From an uncultured Aliarcobacter sp. (GTDB taxonomy: Bacteria; Campylobacterota; Campylobacteria; Campylobacterales; Arcobacteraceae): a stretch of DNA of 64,000 bases. The position numbers were made by a program, and so were the translations under genes. Positions 31,849 to 42,146 of this stretch are shown here, piece after piece. The stretch lies in contig CAXXLV010000002.1 of NCBI GenBank assembly GCA_963664305.2, positions 288,001 to 352,000 on the forward strand. Reading direction: 5' to 3'. Numbering within the stretch: position 1 is the first letter of the stretch; each line of letters starts with the position of its first letter. The notes below the pieces were generated by a model that made no database searches, was not told the origin of the DNA, and saw only the letters and a program-made list of their open reading frames with translations.

Positions 31849-32008
31849 TTTATACCTTGATTTTTTAATATTAAACAAATTATAGTCAAGAATTTTTTTC
31901 TAAATGGATTTTATTGCAAATTGTAATAAAAGTAAAAAAAATTATTTATAACTAATGGTTAACTTTTTTATTTTAAAATCTAATAATAAAATAATTTAGG
32001 AGTACATT

Positions 32009-32854
32009 ATGAATAAAAATAAAATATTAGTCTTAAGTGATCTTAAGGATTTTACTAAAATTGTTGCTCAAAAAGCTATTTTTTTAGCAAAAGAATATAA
32101 AAATGAAATAGATGTACTTCATGTGGAAGATGAATCTTTTTTAAAATTTTTTAAAGAAAAAACAGAGTGTTCATTAAATAATAGTAAAGAGATTTTAAAA
32201 TCAATTTATAACAATGAAGCAAAAGTTTTTTCAAAATGTGGTAATTTTATAAAAACAGTAAAAGAGCATATTTCCAAAAATGATATTTCATTGATTATTG
32301 TAGGGTTCAAAAGAGAAAGAACTTTGTTGGAAGATATTTTTAATGGTTCAAATCTAAGTTCAATTATTAGAAAAGTGGAATTACCTGTTTTGGTTGTAAA
32401 AACAGAAGATGAACCAATATATAAAAATATTTTAATACCTACTGATTTATCAAAGGCTTCAAAAAAAAATATAGAGTATTTAACAACAATGTTTCCTGAG
32501 TCAAATTTTTATATTGAACACTATTACAAAGTTTTTTTTGAAGATAGAGTTAAATTATATGGATTTAATGATGATGAAGCACATGACTTTGTAGATTTTT
32601 ATGAGGAAGAGGCTAAAAAAGATTTAGATAAATTTGTTAAAAGTTTAAAAATACCAAAAGAGATAAAATTATTTGTTAAAGCTAAAAAATATGTAGATAT
32701 GAAATCAATGGTTGAGGAATCTATTGAATATAAAACAATTGATTTATTAAGTCTTTCTGTTGGGACAAGTTTGAGCATTTTTTCTTTTGATTTATTAGAA
32801 CATTCAACAAAAGATGTAATTATCTATAGAATAGATGAGGACAGTATAGAATAA
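32009..32854 (+). CDS. Universal stress protein, tandem USP domains
   Basis: KILVLSDL, IFNGS, LPVLVVK, YKNILIPTDLS. Confidence 0.85.
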   Translation: MNKNKILVLSDLKDFTKIVAQKAIFLAKEYKNEIDVLHVEDESFLKFFKEKTECSLNNSKEILKSIYNNEAKVFSKCGNFIKTVKEHISKNDISLIIVGFKRERTLLEDIFNGSNLSSIIRKVELPVLVVKTEDEPIYKNILIPTDLSKASKKNIEYLTTMFPESNFYIEHYYKVFFEDRVKLYGFNDDEAHDFVDFYEEEAKKDLDKFVKSLKIPKEIKLFVKAKKYVDMKSMVEESIEYKTIDLLSLSVGTSLSIFSFDLLEHSTKDVIIYRIDEDSIE

Positions 32855-32985
32855 AAAACAAGCATAAAAATTATTGATTTTATGCTAAAACAAAACAAAT
32901 ATTGCTTTTTATTTTATATTTTTCTATTTACAGTCAAGTTATATTATAGTTACAAATTTAAAAATAGAAAGCAAGAAAGGATTTT

Positions 32986-34440
32986 ATGGCATCTATTGAA
33001 TTTTATTTATTAATTACTGCATTTTTGATGCTTTTAAGCGTATTTGCAAGTAAATTATCAAGTAAATATGGAATACCTTCACTATTTATATTTTTAGGAC
33101 TAGGAATGCTTGCTGGTTCAGATGGAATTTTAGGTATTTATTTTGATAATGTTGAATTAGCTCAAAACATAGGAACTTTAGCTTTAATATTTATTTTATT
33201 TGGTGGTGGTTTAGATACTGCATGGAAAAGTATAAAACCTGTTTTAAAAGATGGTTTGATTTTAGCAACACTTGGAGTATTTTTAACAGCATTTTTTGCA
33301 GCAATTTGTGTTTACTATATACTTCATTTTACTTTTTTAGAATCTTTACTTGTTGGAGCGATTATTTCTTCAACAGACGCAGCAGCAGTTTTTGCAATAT
33401 TAAGAGCAAAAGGGATTTCTTTAAAAAAGAGACTTACTCCACTTTTAGAACTAGAATCAGGAAGTAATGACCCAATGGCAATTTTTTTAACAGTTGCTAT
33501 TTTACAAATATTGATGTTACCAGAAAGTTCAAGTGTTACAGAATGGATTTTTAAATTTTTTCTACAATTTATAATTGGAGGTATTCTTGGTTATATTTTT
33601 GGAATATTATTACCTTCAATATTAAATAGAATTCATTTGAGTTTTTATGGACTTTATCCTGTTTTTACTATTGGTTGGATTTTATTTTTATTTTCAAGTG
33701 CTTCTTTATTAGAAGGAAATGGATTTTTAGCTGTTTATATTGCTGGAATTGTTGCAAATACAAAAGAGTTTGTACATAAGAAAAATTTAATTGGTTTTCA
33801 TGAAGGTTTATCATGGATTATGCAAATTACAGTTTTCTTGGCTCTTGGTCTTTTAGTTTTTCCTTCAGAACTTCCTGATGTAATGATTTCAGGTTTAGTA
33901 ATTGCTTTTTGGTTAATGTTTGTAGCAAGACCAGCTGGAGTTTTTATAAGTACAAGTTTTAGTTCATTTTCTTTTAAAGAAAAAGCTTTTATTTCATGGG
34001 TTGGATTAAGAGGTGCTGTTCCTATTATTTTGGCTACATATCCATATTTACAAGGATTTGAAAAATCAAATTTGATTTTTAATATTGTATTTTTTATTGT
34101 TTTATTTTCAATTTTGATACAAGGAACAACTCTTCCTCTTATGGCAAAGTGGTTAAAAGTTGAATCAAAAAGTAAAGATTTTAAACCTGAAAATGTTTTG
34201 GCTTCACCTCTGTTTTATCATACATTAAAACAATTTTATATTGAAGAGAATTCAAAGGTTATTGGTTTGAGTATTGTTGAGTTAAATTTACCAGCTGATT
34301 TTTTAATTCTTCTAATAAAAAGAGAGAATGATTATATAAAACCAACTGGTTCTACAATACTTGAAGAGAATGATATGTTACTTATTCAATGTAATAGTGA
34401 GAATAGATATAAAAAAGTTTTAAAAAGATTTAAAAGTTAA
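32986..34440 (+). CDS. cvrA: K+/H+ antiporter (CvrA/NhaP2 family) with RCK_C domain
   Basis: ILFGGGL, SSTDAAAVF, LELESGSNDPMA, WVGLRGAVPI. Confidence 0.88.
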   Translation: MASIEFYLLITAFLMLLSVFASKLSSKYGIPSLFIFLGLGMLAGSDGILGIYFDNVELAQNIGTLALIFILFGGGLDTAWKSIKPVLKDGLILATLGVFLTAFFAAICVYYILHFTFLESLLVGAIISSTDAAAVFAILRAKGISLKKRLTPLLELESGSNDPMAIFLTVAILQILMLPESSSVTEWIFKFFLQFIIGGILGYIFGILLPSILNRIHLSFYGLYPVFTIGWILFLFSSASLLEGNGFLAVYIAGIVANTKEFVHKKNLIGFHEGLSWIMQITVFLALGLLVFPSELPDVMISGLVIAFWLMFVARPAGVFISTSFSSFSFKEKAFISWVGLRGAVPIILATYPYLQGFEKSNLIFNIVFFIVLFSILIQGTTLPLMAKWLKVESKSKDFKPENVLASPLFYHTLKQFYIEENSKVIGLSIVELNLPADFLILLIKRENDYIKPTGSTILEENDMLLIQCNSENRYKKVLKRFKS

Positions 34441-34490
34441 ACATTTTGAATTTTAAAAAGAGTTATAATTAACAAAAAAGAAGGAAGATT

Positions 34491-34838
34491 ATGTACTGTA
34501 AAAATTCTCAAAATTATGAGTCAACTTGTATCCCAAAAACTGTAAATGCTTCAATTGCAGTTTTATCTCCAAAAGAAGATAAAGATTTCATAGTTAGAAA
34601 AGTAACTTTAGCAAAAGATGGTTCGATGCCAAATCATACAAATGAAATTCAACATCAACAATATGTTTTAAAAGGTGAAGCAAAAGTTGTTGTTGGTGGA
34701 GAAGAGTATCATGCAAAAGCTGGAGATTTTATCTATATTCCAGCTGGTGTATCTCACTATTATGAAGCTTGTTATGGTAGTGAATATGAGTTCTTATGTA
34801 TGATTACAACTAAAGAAGATAAAATCACTATGTTATAA
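34491..34838 (+). CDS. Cupin domain protein
   Basis: MPNHTNEIQHQQYVLKG and GDFIYIPAGVSH. Confidence 0.85.
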   Translation: MYCKNSQNYESTCIPKTVNASIAVLSPKEDKDFIVRKVTLAKDGSMPNHTNEIQHQQYVLKGEAKVVVGGEEYHAKAGDFIYIPAGVSHYYEACYGSEYEFLCMITTKEDKITML

Positions 34839-34860
34839 AAGATAGGCTTTTGCCTATCTT
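34839..34860. terminator. Hairpin between convergent genes
   Basis: AAGATAGGC-TTTT-GCCTATCTT. Confidence 0.75.
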
Positions 34861-35207
34861 GTTAAATAGTTGTATTCTTCTTTTATTTTAGTCAATTTAT
34901 CTAACATAGTTTTATCCCCACTATAAAGACAATCGTTTGCAAAAAAGCTTGGATTTATGTCATAAATCATAAGTAATATAGCTTTTTCTTCATTTTCATT
35001 CAGAAATTTTTCATCTATACTGATTAGACCGTAATTCTTTTTAGAACTTATCCATTCTTGTTTTAAATTTAGGTCATAATCAATTGATTCTATGTCAAAA
35101 GTAATTTTAGTTATTAGATGGTTTGATTTATATTTAATTTTAAAAATTCTTTGTATTTTTTGTTTAAAATTGTTTGTATAAATATAGGAAAATTCAAAAT
35201 TCTTCAT
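34854..35207 (-). CDS. Hypothetical protein
   Basis: 117-aa ORF with GAGG SD; fills the intergenic space. Confidence 0.65.
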   Translation of the reverse strand: MKNFEFSYIYTNNFKQKIQRIFKIKYKSNHLITKITFDIESIDYDLNLKQEWISSKKNYGLISIDEKFLNENEEKAILLMIYDINPSFFANDCLYSGDKTMLDKLTKIKEEYNYLTR

Positions 35208-35317
35208 AATACCTCTTGTTTAGGTTTTTACTATTCTATCTAAAGCTGGTTAAATATGATGAAATATCTTTGAAATAAACTAAAATATAATAAAATAAGT
35301 CCTATACGAAACTTATT

Positions 35318-35569
35318 TTAGAATTCTTCCTCATCATCTGTGTCACAACAATAAATACATTTTTCATCAAAGAAAGAATATTCATCATAACAATAAAATT
35401 TATGGCAACTTTCACATTTGAAACAATCATGCTCTTTTGATAAAACTTGTTCAAGTTTATCTTCACTTATGTTGTTTACTCTTGCGTATTCTTCAAAAAG
35501 TTCAATTACATTTTCATTTTCATCAGATTTTAGCTCTTTTGCCAAATCTTCTAAAGTATCTATATCCAT
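35318..35569 (-). CDS. Small acidic Cys-rich protein
   Basis: 83 aa, GAGGA SD, CFKCESC...CIYCC. Confidence 0.7.
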   Translation of the reverse strand: MDIDTLEDLAKELKSDENENVIELFEEYARVNNISEDKLEQVLSKEHDCFKCESCHKFYCYDEYSFFDEKCIYCCDTDDEEEF

Positions 35570-35579
35570 ATTTTCCTCT

Positions 35580-35771
35580 TTATTTTAATAAGTCATCTCT
35601 CATTTTTGTAATATCAATAACGAGTCTTTCTTTCATATCTTTTGTTATTGATGGATTTGCTTCAAAAACTTGATTTATTAGATTCTCAAATTCATCAGTT
35701 GTTAATTCTTTAGTTTCAGCAATTAGCTTAAAAAATAACAATCTAATTTTTTCATATTGGTTTTCTTGCAT
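35580..35771 (-). CDS. Small hypothetical protein
   Basis: 63 aa, AAGGA SD, ends 10 nt before the next start. Confidence 0.6.
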   Translation of the reverse strand: MQENQYEKIRLLFFKLIAETKELTTDEFENLINQVFEANPSITKDMKERLVIDITKMRDDLLK

Positions 35772-35911
35772 ACTTCATTCCTTTTTAACAAACGCGTATT
35801 ATCTCAAAAAAATATTAGAAAAAAATAAAAGCCCCAATATAAACTTTTCCTTTACCACTGTTATGTTATAATTCGCGCCAATAATTAAAACAAATAAGGT
35901 CTTCAAAATAT

Positions 35912-37387
35912 ATGGATAAATCACAAATCAAAACACAAAAATTTATTATCAAATACTTCACTGAAATTATGATAAAAGGTACGACAGCAAAAAGACAAAT
36001 GATATCTCAGGTTTATAATAATCTAGTATCTTTATTATCAAAAATTTCAACTGATATAAAAATAAAAAAGTTTTTTGACAAGGTAGAAGTAATTTGTCCC
36101 ATAGAAGTAGTTGATTTAGTTCGAACAAAATTACTTGATACTCCAGGAATTGAGCAAATTTTAGAAGCAATTCAGTTTGATAACATGACAACTTTAGATG
36201 AAATAAAAGAAAAAGTAAATGAAGTTATGAAAGATGAAATCATCGGTAAAACTTATGTAGTAAGAGCAAAAAGAACTGGAACACAAGAGTTTAAATCAAT
36301 GGATATTGAAAAAACTGTTGGTGGATATATGCTTGCTATGAATGAAGGAAAAACAAAAGGTGTTGCTTTAAAAAATGCAGAAGTTACTATCAATGTAGAA
36401 CTTGAACACACACAATTAAATATAATCACTCAGAAACATTTAGGTTTAAGAGGTTTTCCTATTGGTACTCAAGGAAGTGTATTATCTTTAATGTCTGGGG
36501 GATTTGACTCAACAGTTGCTTCATATTTAACAATGAAAAGAGGAATAAAAACTCACTTTATTTTCTTTAATCTTGGTGGATTAGCTCATGAAATTGGAGT
36601 AAAACAAGTAGCATATTATCTTTGGAATAAATTTGGAAGTTCTCATAGAGTTTCATTTATTAGTGTTCCTTTTGATGATGTTGTAACTGAGATTTTTAAA
36701 AGTGTGAGTCAACCTTATATGGGAGTTATGTTAAAAAGATTAATGTTACTTGCTAGTGAAAAAATAGCAAATAGTATGGGAATAGATGCTTTAGTTACAG
36801 GTGAAAGTGTAGCACAAGTTTCGAGTCAAACATTAAGAAATCTAGCATTAATTGACCAATGCACAAATAAACTTGTTTTACGACCACTTGCAATGATGAG
36901 TAAACCAGATATTATTGATATTGCTTATAAAATAGGAACAAGAAGATTTGCAGAGTCTATGCCTGAATATTGTGGTGTTATTTCAAAAAATCCAGTAACT
37001 CATGGAAGTTATGAAAGAATGGAAAAAGAGGCAAATGCTTTTGATTATTCTATTTTAGATGAGTCTGTTAAAAAATCTGTATTTGTAAATGTAGATGAAA
37101 TAGACCAAGATGTAAATGAAATAGGGCAAATGGAGATAGTTACAGATTTAAACAGTGGTGATTATACAGTTATAGATATTAGACAAACTCCTGATTGTAT
37201 AGAAACTTCTTGTGAAACTTTAAAAATTCCATTTTATGAGTTAAAAAATGAGTTAAAAAAGCTACCTCAAGATAAAACTTATTTATTCTATTGTGATAAA
37301 GGAATAATGAGTCAATTACATGCACAATATCTAAGAGATAGTGAAGGTTATACAAATATCAAAGTTTATAGACCAGAGAGTAAATAA
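35912..37387 (+). CDS. thiI: tRNA 4-thiouridine synthase ThiI with rhodanese domain
   Basis: THUMP region, SGGFDS PP-loop, GESVAQVSSQTL, PEYCG, YLFYC. Confidence 0.95.
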   Translation: MDKSQIKTQKFIIKYFTEIMIKGTTAKRQMISQVYNNLVSLLSKISTDIKIKKFFDKVEVICPIEVVDLVRTKLLDTPGIEQILEAIQFDNMTTLDEIKEKVNEVMKDEIIGKTYVVRAKRTGTQEFKSMDIEKTVGGYMLAMNEGKTKGVALKNAEVTINVELEHTQLNIITQKHLGLRGFPIGTQGSVLSLMSGGFDSTVASYLTMKRGIKTHFIFFNLGGLAHEIGVKQVAYYLWNKFGSSHRVSFISVPFDDVVTEIFKSVSQPYMGVMLKRLMLLASEKIANSMGIDALVTGESVAQVSSQTLRNLALIDQCTNKLVLRPLAMMSKPDIIDIAYKIGTRRFAESMPEYCGVISKNPVTHGSYERMEKEANAFDYSILDESVKKSVFVNVDEIDQDVNEIGQMEIVTDLNSGDYTVIDIRQTPDCIETSCETLKIPFYELKNELKKLPQDKTYLFYCDKGIMSQLHAQYLRDSEGYTNIKVYRPESK

Positions 37388-37779
37388 TGAAAAAGTTTTT
37401 AATAGCACTTTTTACAACATTTTGTTTATCAACAAGTTTAGTTTTTGCAAATCCAATTATAGACAAAGCATATCATAACAAACAAAGTGATGTTCAGGTT
37501 CAAGGAAGTGGAAAAGTTGTTAAAATATTAAGTGATGATAATAATGGAAGTCGTCATCAAAGATTTATTTTAAAACTATCTTCAAATTTGACAATTTTAG
37601 TTGCACATAATATTGATTTATCAAATAAAATAAAAGATTTGAGAGTTGGTGATAGTGTTGAATTTTATGGTGAATATGAATGGAATAATAAAGGTGGAGT
37701 AATTCATTGGACTCATCATGACCCAAGAAAAAAACACAAAGATGGTTGGTTGAAGCATAAAGGAAAAATTTATCAATAA
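37387..37779 (+). CDS. Exported DUF3465-like protein
   Basis: Signal peptide; GSRHQRFIL, AHNIDL, GGVIHWTHHDP. Confidence 0.8.
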   Translation: MKKFLIALFTTFCLSTSLVFANPIIDKAYHNKQSDVQVQGSGKVVKILSDDNNGSRHQRFILKLSSNLTILVAHNIDLSNKIKDLRVGDSVEFYGEYEWNNKGGVIHWTHHDPRKKHKDGWLKHKGKIYQ

Positions 37780-37819
37780 AATTTGGTAAAATATTATTTA
37801 GTTATTAAAAAGGGGAAAT

Positions 37820-39670
37820 ATGAAAAAGCTTGTCTTGGGTGTAGTAGCTATTTTGGTAGTTATTATTGCTGTAGTAGTTGGATTTAAAATAAAATCTGAT
37901 AGTTTTATAAATGCAAAAATTGAAGAGTTAAATAGTAATGGTTTTGTGGTTAAACATCAACAAACATCTAATTATTTAAAAACAAATGGTAATGGTCAAA
38001 TTGAAGTTGTTTATCCAGATAAAGTTACTTCTTATCTATTTGCTAAGATAAAAGATGATGAGTTAAGAAAAACTTTAGAAAAACAATATAATCTTCTTGA
38101 TACAGTAGAAAAAGTAGAAATTTTTGAGGGAATTACTTTTGATTATGATTTTGCTATTAATAATCTAAGTTTTGATGTAAACGCTAATGTATATTTATCT
38201 GCATTATCTAAAAAAGCTATGTATACTCTAACTCAAGAAGCAACAAATATTCCATCAAGTAAATGGTTAGTAGATTTCTTAAAAGATAAAAAACTAAAAA
38301 TCAGTATTGATAAAAATGCAAATTATAAACTAGCAGACATTGATACAGTTATTCCAAATTTAATGTTCTTCACTCTTAGAGGTTTAGAAGGAAATAGTAA
38401 GAATATGAAATTGGCTTTAGTAAAAATATCTGGTACAGAAAAATCAGATAAAGACTTTTTCCAATTAAATGATTTAAATCTTGATTATGATTTTGATGAT
38501 AAAAAAGAAGTTTCAAATGCAACTATTAAAAATATTGAGTTCCAAGATTATGATAATTCATTTAATGTAAAAAATATTTTAATAAGTTCAAATACAATAA
38601 AAGACGATGTTAATATCTCAGGAAAAAGTGGAATAGCTTTTGATGAGGTTAATGTAAAAAAATATGGTGAAGAAGTTGCAAATCTTAAAAAAACATCTTT
38701 AAATTTTGTTGTTGATAAATTACCAATAAAAAAATTAGATGAAATAACAAGTTATTTAGAAAATGAAAACTATCAAGATTATTTAAAAACATTGTTCCAA
38801 AGTGGTATATCAGTATCTTCAAATGGAAGTGCGACAAATTATATGGTTAAAGGTCAAAAAATATTTGATACTTTAAAATATGATTTATCTTTAGGATTAA
38901 ATAAAAATGGTTCAATTGAAGATGCAAAAAATATTAAAGATATTTTTGAAACTATCAAGTTAGTTATTAATTTAGATAATGAAACAGCACAAAATCTAAA
39001 AAATCTTTTAAATCTAAAACAACCTGATTCTCAAATAGATTTTATAGATGGACAAGATAATCTAAAAAAATTTGAAGCAGAGTTAAAAACTGATGGTGTT
39101 TATGTAAATGGTAAAAAAGTATTAGATGAAAAAGAGTTAGACCTTCCAAAGAAAAAAAGTTTTGATGATTCTCAATATTTAGGACAAAACACAAATGGTA
39201 AAGGTGTATTCTATGATTATGAATTAATTGGAAAAGACCTTTTAAAAGTGACTTTTAGATATATCCCTGATATGAATACAATTACAAGTGGTGGAATATC
39301 TGTATCTTTCCCTGAGTTAAAAGACGCAACTAGAATAAAAAAACATACAACAAATAGTTTTGATAAAATCAATTTTTATGATGCTGGAAGTGAAATCTGG
39401 AATGGTGGATTAGAAAAAAATATAATTTCATCATATTTATTAGTTGAAGGTTGGGATGAAAACTGGACAGATCCTACTATTGAAAAAGAGTTTAGTTTAG
39501 AAATTGATGTAAAAGATTTAGATGTTTTACAAATCAATTTAAGAGCAGGTGCTTTAAATGACTCAAATAATGGTGAAAAAGCATCAGAGATTGTTCCAGT
39601 TGATGGAGAATTAGATCAACAAAATTATCCTATCCAAATAGCTGACATTGAAATTTATAATCTAAAATAA
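37820..39670 (+). CDS. Membrane-anchored periplasmic protein, possibly YdgA/DUF945-like, with extra C-terminal domain
   Basis: N-terminal TM helix, beta-rich body ending VYVNGK, then about 170 more residues. Confidence 0.55.
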   Translation: MKKLVLGVVAILVVIIAVVVGFKIKSDSFINAKIEELNSNGFVVKHQQTSNYLKTNGNGQIEVVYPDKVTSYLFAKIKDDELRKTLEKQYNLLDTVEKVEIFEGITFDYDFAINNLSFDVNANVYLSALSKKAMYTLTQEATNIPSSKWLVDFLKDKKLKISIDKNANYKLADIDTVIPNLMFFTLRGLEGNSKNMKLALVKISGTEKSDKDFFQLNDLNLDYDFDDKKEVSNATIKNIEFQDYDNSFNVKNILISSNTIKDDVNISGKSGIAFDEVNVKKYGEEVANLKKTSLNFVVDKLPIKKLDEITSYLENENYQDYLKTLFQSGISVSSNGSATNYMVKGQKIFDTLKYDLSLGLNKNGSIEDAKNIKDIFETIKLVINLDNETAQNLKNLLNLKQPDSQIDFIDGQDNLKKFEAELKTDGVYVNGKKVLDEKELDLPKKKSFDDSQYLGQNTNGKGVFYDYELIGKDLLKVTFRYIPDMNTITSGGISVSFPELKDATRIKKHTTNSFDKINFYDAGSEIWNGGLEKNIISSYLLVEGWDENWTDPTIEKEFSLEIDVKDLDVLQINLRAGALNDSNNGEKASEIVPVDGELDQQNYPIQIADIEIYNLK

Positions 39671-39677
39671 TAAAAAG

Positions 39678-39703
39678 ATATTAAGGTTTTTTAACCTTAA
39701 TAT
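39678..39703. terminator. Hairpin between convergent genes
   Basis: ATATTAAGGTT-TTTT-AACCTTAATAT. Confidence 0.75.
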
Positions 39704-40168
39704 TTAAAATACAAATAGAAATAGATACATAAAAATACCCATAATTGAACTTACTGTTAAAGCAAAAAATATAGCTTTAGCAATTTTTCTATGTTTTTTT
39801 CCATTAAAATGATGATTTATATAATCTTTATAAGATGAAATAAATAAAAATAACCAACCACCTACAGCTGCAATTGCTATTAAAATATGTATTACTAAAA
39901 AAATTATCATAAAGTCATAAGAGATATTACTATATTTTGAATACTCTTCAAAACCACCTGTAATTCTAACTCCAATTTCAAAAATAACAATTATAAATAA
40001 AGATATACCTAAGATTATTGCTTGTGAAATTAGATGTTTTTCATACATCTTTTTTTTTGCAAGATAAATGCTAAAAGCTAACAAAAATGGAAGTATTGCA
40101 AAATAAACTGTTGCTAAATCTAAATAAAATGGAGCTTGTGTTCCTAAAAAACCTTCTGTAAAAAACAT
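39704..40168 (-). CDS. DUF420-like membrane protein
   Basis: Four TM helices, conserved His (KHLISQ, IHILIA, KHRK). Confidence 0.7.
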   Translation of the reverse strand: MFFTEGFLGTQAPFYLDLATVYFAILPFLLAFSIYLAKKKMYEKHLISQAIILGISLFIIVIFEIGVRITGGFEEYSKYSNISYDFMIIFLVIHILIAIAAVGGWLFLFISSYKDYINHHFNGKKHRKIAKAIFFALTVSSIMGIFMYLFLFVF

Positions 40169-40471
40169 CTATTTTAACTTTTTAGGAGGATTTTTCATTA
40201 TAACTTTTTCAATTAAAATAAATCCAAATGGAATAAGTGAATAAACAAAAAGTTGGAATCCTAAAAATTTCCATTTATATTTTTTCATAACCATATATAA
40301 GGCAATACAAAATAGAATAAATAAAATACCATGAGTCATTCCAGCAACTTTTACTGCTATTGGATAACCACCAAAATATTTTAAAGGCATTGCTATAAAT
40401 ACTAAGATTAAATATGAAAGACCTTCTACAAATGAAATCACTCTAAATCTAGTAAAAGTATCGTTTGTCAT
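40169..40471 (-). CDS. DUF3817-like membrane protein
   Basis: FRVISFVEGLSYL, AMPLKY, GMTHG, SLIPFG. Confidence 0.8.
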   Translation of the reverse strand: MTNDTFTRFRVISFVEGLSYLILVFIAMPLKYFGGYPIAVKVAGMTHGILFILFCIALYMVMKKYKWKFLGFQLFVYSLIPFGFILIEKVIMKNPPKKLK

Positions 40472-40553
40472 GATTCTCCTTTTTTAAAAGATGTAGTATA
40501 GTGAACTTTGGTTTATGAAAGGTTAATATAGCGACATTATGTTACAATCGCGA

Positions 40554-42062
40554 ATGAAAAAAATTATACTTACAACATTAAACGCGAGATATTCTCACAC
40601 ATCTTTAGCTTTGAGATATTTATATGCAAATTTAAAAGAATTTAAAGAAGAAGCTAAAATTTTAGAGTTTGTTATAAACTCATCAAATCAAACAATAGCA
40701 GAACAAATACTTGAACATAAACCAAAGATAGTTGGAATTGCTGTTTATATTTGGAATGCAAGTGATGTTGCTGAACTTGTACAAACTATTAAAAAAGTAT
40801 CACCTGAAACGATAGTTGTTCTTGGAGGTCCTGAGGTTAGTTATACTCCTTTACGAGTAAATTTTGATATGGCTGATTATATAATCACAGGTGAGGGAGA
40901 AATAAGTTTTTACAATTTGTGTTTTGATATTTTAAATGGAAATTGTAAAGAAACAAGAGTTATAAATTCACCAAAAGTTGATTTAGAAAATATTGTTCTA
41001 CCATATGATGACTATACAGATTTTGATATCAAAAATAGACATATATATGTGGAAATGGCAAGAGGTTGTCCTTTTGAGTGTGAGTTTTGTTTATCATCAA
41101 TTGATTCAAAAATGAGATATTTATCAATTGAAGTTTTTTTAGAACAAATTGATAAATTATGGCAAAGAGGTGCAAGAAATTTCAAATTTATTGATAGAAC
41201 TTTTAATATCAAAATCTCTTATGCAAAAGCTATTTTAAACTATTTTTTAGAAAAAGAAGAAGAGTATTTTTTACACTTTGAAGTAATACCTGATAATTTC
41301 CCTGAAGAATTAAGAGAGTTAATCAAACAGTTTAAAGCTGGAAGTTTACAACTTGAAGTTGGTATTCAAACTCTAAATTTAGATGTTGCAAAAGAGATTC
41401 ATAGAAATCTAAGAATTGATAAAATAAAAGACAATCTAAAGTTTTTATCAACGGAAACACATGCTCATATGCATATAGATTTGATTATTGGGCTTCCAAG
41501 TGAAACTATTGAGAGTTTTGGGAAAAATCTTGATTTACTTTATACCCTTTCAACTGGTGAAATTCAAGTTGGAATTTTGAAGAAGTTATCAGGAACAACG
41601 CTAGATAGACATGACAAAATTTATGGAATGGTTTATAGTGATTTACCTCCTTATGATATTTTAAAAAATGATTTAATCGATTTTTCACAAATGCAAGAGA
41701 TGAAAAGATTTGCTAGATTTTGGGATATTGTTTACAATAGTGGAAATTTCCAAAAAACAACAGCTTTACTTTTTGAAGATGGAAAAGTTTTTGAAAATTT
41801 TTATGATTTAAGTAAGTGGCTTTATAGAAGAAGTGAATCTACTTATAAAATCTCACTTGATAGAATGGCTGAGTTTTTATTTGAATATATGAGTGCAAAA
41901 TTTGATAAAGAAAAAATTGCAAATATAATTTTGGAAGATGTTATGAAAGTAGGGGGAAGAAAAATTCCACCATTTTTAAAGAAAATTATTCCCGAAAACT
42001 ATGATTTTGCTCAAAAAGATGTATCAAAAGCAAATAAAAGGCAAGAGTTAAGAAAAGGATAA
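40554..42062 (+). CDS. B12-binding-domain radical SAM protein
   Basis: LNARYSHTSLALRYL, LGGPE, RGCPFECEFC; start likely ATG 40554. Confidence 0.88.
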   Translation: MKKIILTTLNARYSHTSLALRYLYANLKEFKEEAKILEFVINSSNQTIAEQILEHKPKIVGIAVYIWNASDVAELVQTIKKVSPETIVVLGGPEVSYTPLRVNFDMADYIITGEGEISFYNLCFDILNGNCKETRVINSPKVDLENIVLPYDDYTDFDIKNRHIYVEMARGCPFECEFCLSSIDSKMRYLSIEVFLEQIDKLWQRGARNFKFIDRTFNIKISYAKAILNYFLEKEEEYFLHFEVIPDNFPEELRELIKQFKAGSLQLEVGIQTLNLDVAKEIHRNLRIDKIKDNLKFLSTETHAHMHIDLIIGLPSETIESFGKNLDLLYTLSTGEIQVGILKKLSGTTLDRHDKIYGMVYSDLPPYDILKNDLIDFSQMQEMKRFARFWDIVYNSGNFQKTTALLFEDGKVFENFYDLSKWLYRRSESTYKISLDRMAEFLFEYMSAKFDKEKIANIILEDVMKVGGRKIPPFLKKIIPENYDFAQKDVSKANKRQELRKG

Positions 42063-42146
42063 TCTTTTATTCTTTGAATTAAAAAAGAGTTTTTTTTGAG
42101 TTATTTGTTTTATATAATTTAGTAAATTATATAAAAAGGCTAGTAT

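Noticed and set aside
32461..40058. A9/T9 homopolymers (32461-32469, 40050-40058) as phase-variation tracts
   Set aside because: Expected in such AT-rich DNA, the ORFs are intact, and no long poly-G/C tracts were seen
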